From contig NC_047033.1 in assembly GCF_902652985.1 (NCBI RefSeq), positions 32,240,001 to 32,304,000 of the forward strand: a stretch of DNA of 64,000 nucleotides. Reading direction: 5' to 3'. The translations under genes were made by a program, and so were the position numbers. The notes under the pieces are model-generated. The model ran no database searches. It was not told the DNA's origin and saw only the letters and a list, made by a program, of their open reading frames with translations. Position 1 is the stretch's first letter; each line of letters opens with the position of its first letter. This document shows positions 62,915-64,000 of this stretch, piece by piece. The stretch is from Pecten maximus (lineage: Eukaryota).

Positions 62915-64000
62915 GTAGTATGTCACCAAAGCACTCGTTTTATCTTCATGTGGGTACTAACGTGTGGTGTAGAACTACCCGACTGGGTTTAGTCCGAGTA
63001 ATGTAACCGTACACATAACGCTAATATTCATACTTTTTATTTGTGTTAACGTAACACCCTATATCTGTGACGTAACACGCAGAATATCTGACGTAACACA
63101 TACAATATCCGACGTAGTCAACTATATGTGATTAGTTGTAATACGACGTCTTGTACACGTTTTACTAATATCGTGTAGTAGTTCTAATGTTGTGTCGACG
63201 ATCACGTTTGAACAACACTTCACATAACCAATGGTTTTTTTGTCAATGGCACCGATACGTTATACTCGTGTAACCATGGTTACTACCTTTGACAACTGTT
63301 TGGTTGTGGATGTTCATATATCAAAGGTGTGATAACATTGTTTTTTCCTGTTCGGTGATTGGTCTAGTATTCCAACTAATAATTAATTTCTTGTGAGTGT
63401 GAACGTTTTACCCTAATATCACGACCATACTTAATTGTATGTCCATATTTTTTACCGTATACATACCACGGTATTTTTTTCTTGTGATGTTTTCTGATAA
63501 AAAGTTTATTACTCATATTAACAGTTTTTTGCACTCAAGCCAATAATGTCAATTCAACTCTCATTGATTTGAATAGAACACTGCCTGTTTTTATGTGTAG
63601 AACTATTTACTTGTTAATAGTCAAAATTGGACAACGGTTTCTATTCATTTAAGAAAACTGTATAACTGTTTTTTGTTGTTTCATTTATTCATACTTTCAT
63701 TTCAGTACCGTAGCAGTCCGACATTACGATATCTCATGTTTATACATATTGAAAGTCAATATTTAACGGTATTTCGCGTCGTTTGATTATTTCGTGAATA
63801 TGAATATAACTGACAGGTTTACTACGTTTACACCATTATTTGTTTAAGCAGTTGCAAAAGCTTTGAGATGCGTATAAAAGTTAAATATACCAGCTAGCTT
63901 CTATTTCAGGCTTGAGTGAAAATATATCGAGTAACCTTACAGCTTATTTGAGAGTGTTCAATTATATAAGTATCATGTTGTATGATTAATATACATGTTT

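Noticed and set aside
1845-63006. Treating each VWA ORF as a separate single-domain gene or as a prokaryotic operon
   Set aside because: ORF starts and tails fall in intron-like sequence, similarity stops at AG/GT sites, and no signal peptides are present

Overview
AT-rich eukaryotic genomic DNA, probably from an invertebrate such as a mollusc (inference from composition, intron style and the domain family). Almost the whole window is the interior of one giant intron-rich + strand gene. I can trace 58 exons (about 19.8 kb coding, about 6,600 aa) whose junctions join into one continuous open frame. They encode 30 von Willebrand factor A (VWA) domains, mostly one per 546-654 nt exon, separated by 27-120 nt Pro/Thr-rich linker exons, plus one 1,098 nt mucin-like exon. 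All introns but one are phase 1. No start, signal peptide, collagen triple helix or terminal stop was found, so the gene probably extends past both window edges. The array is zoned: VWA1-7 lack the MIDAS aspartate, while VWA8-30 have an intact MIDAS and a flanking Cys pair. The middle of the array shows an A/short-linker/B/long-linker super-repeat and a near-identical duplicated tract; the last four domains form a distinct sub-family with a second such tract. Introns hold about ten unrelated tandem repeats, one TA-flanked MITE-like element and a 164-N gap. Exon boundaries were read by eye and need RNA confirmation.
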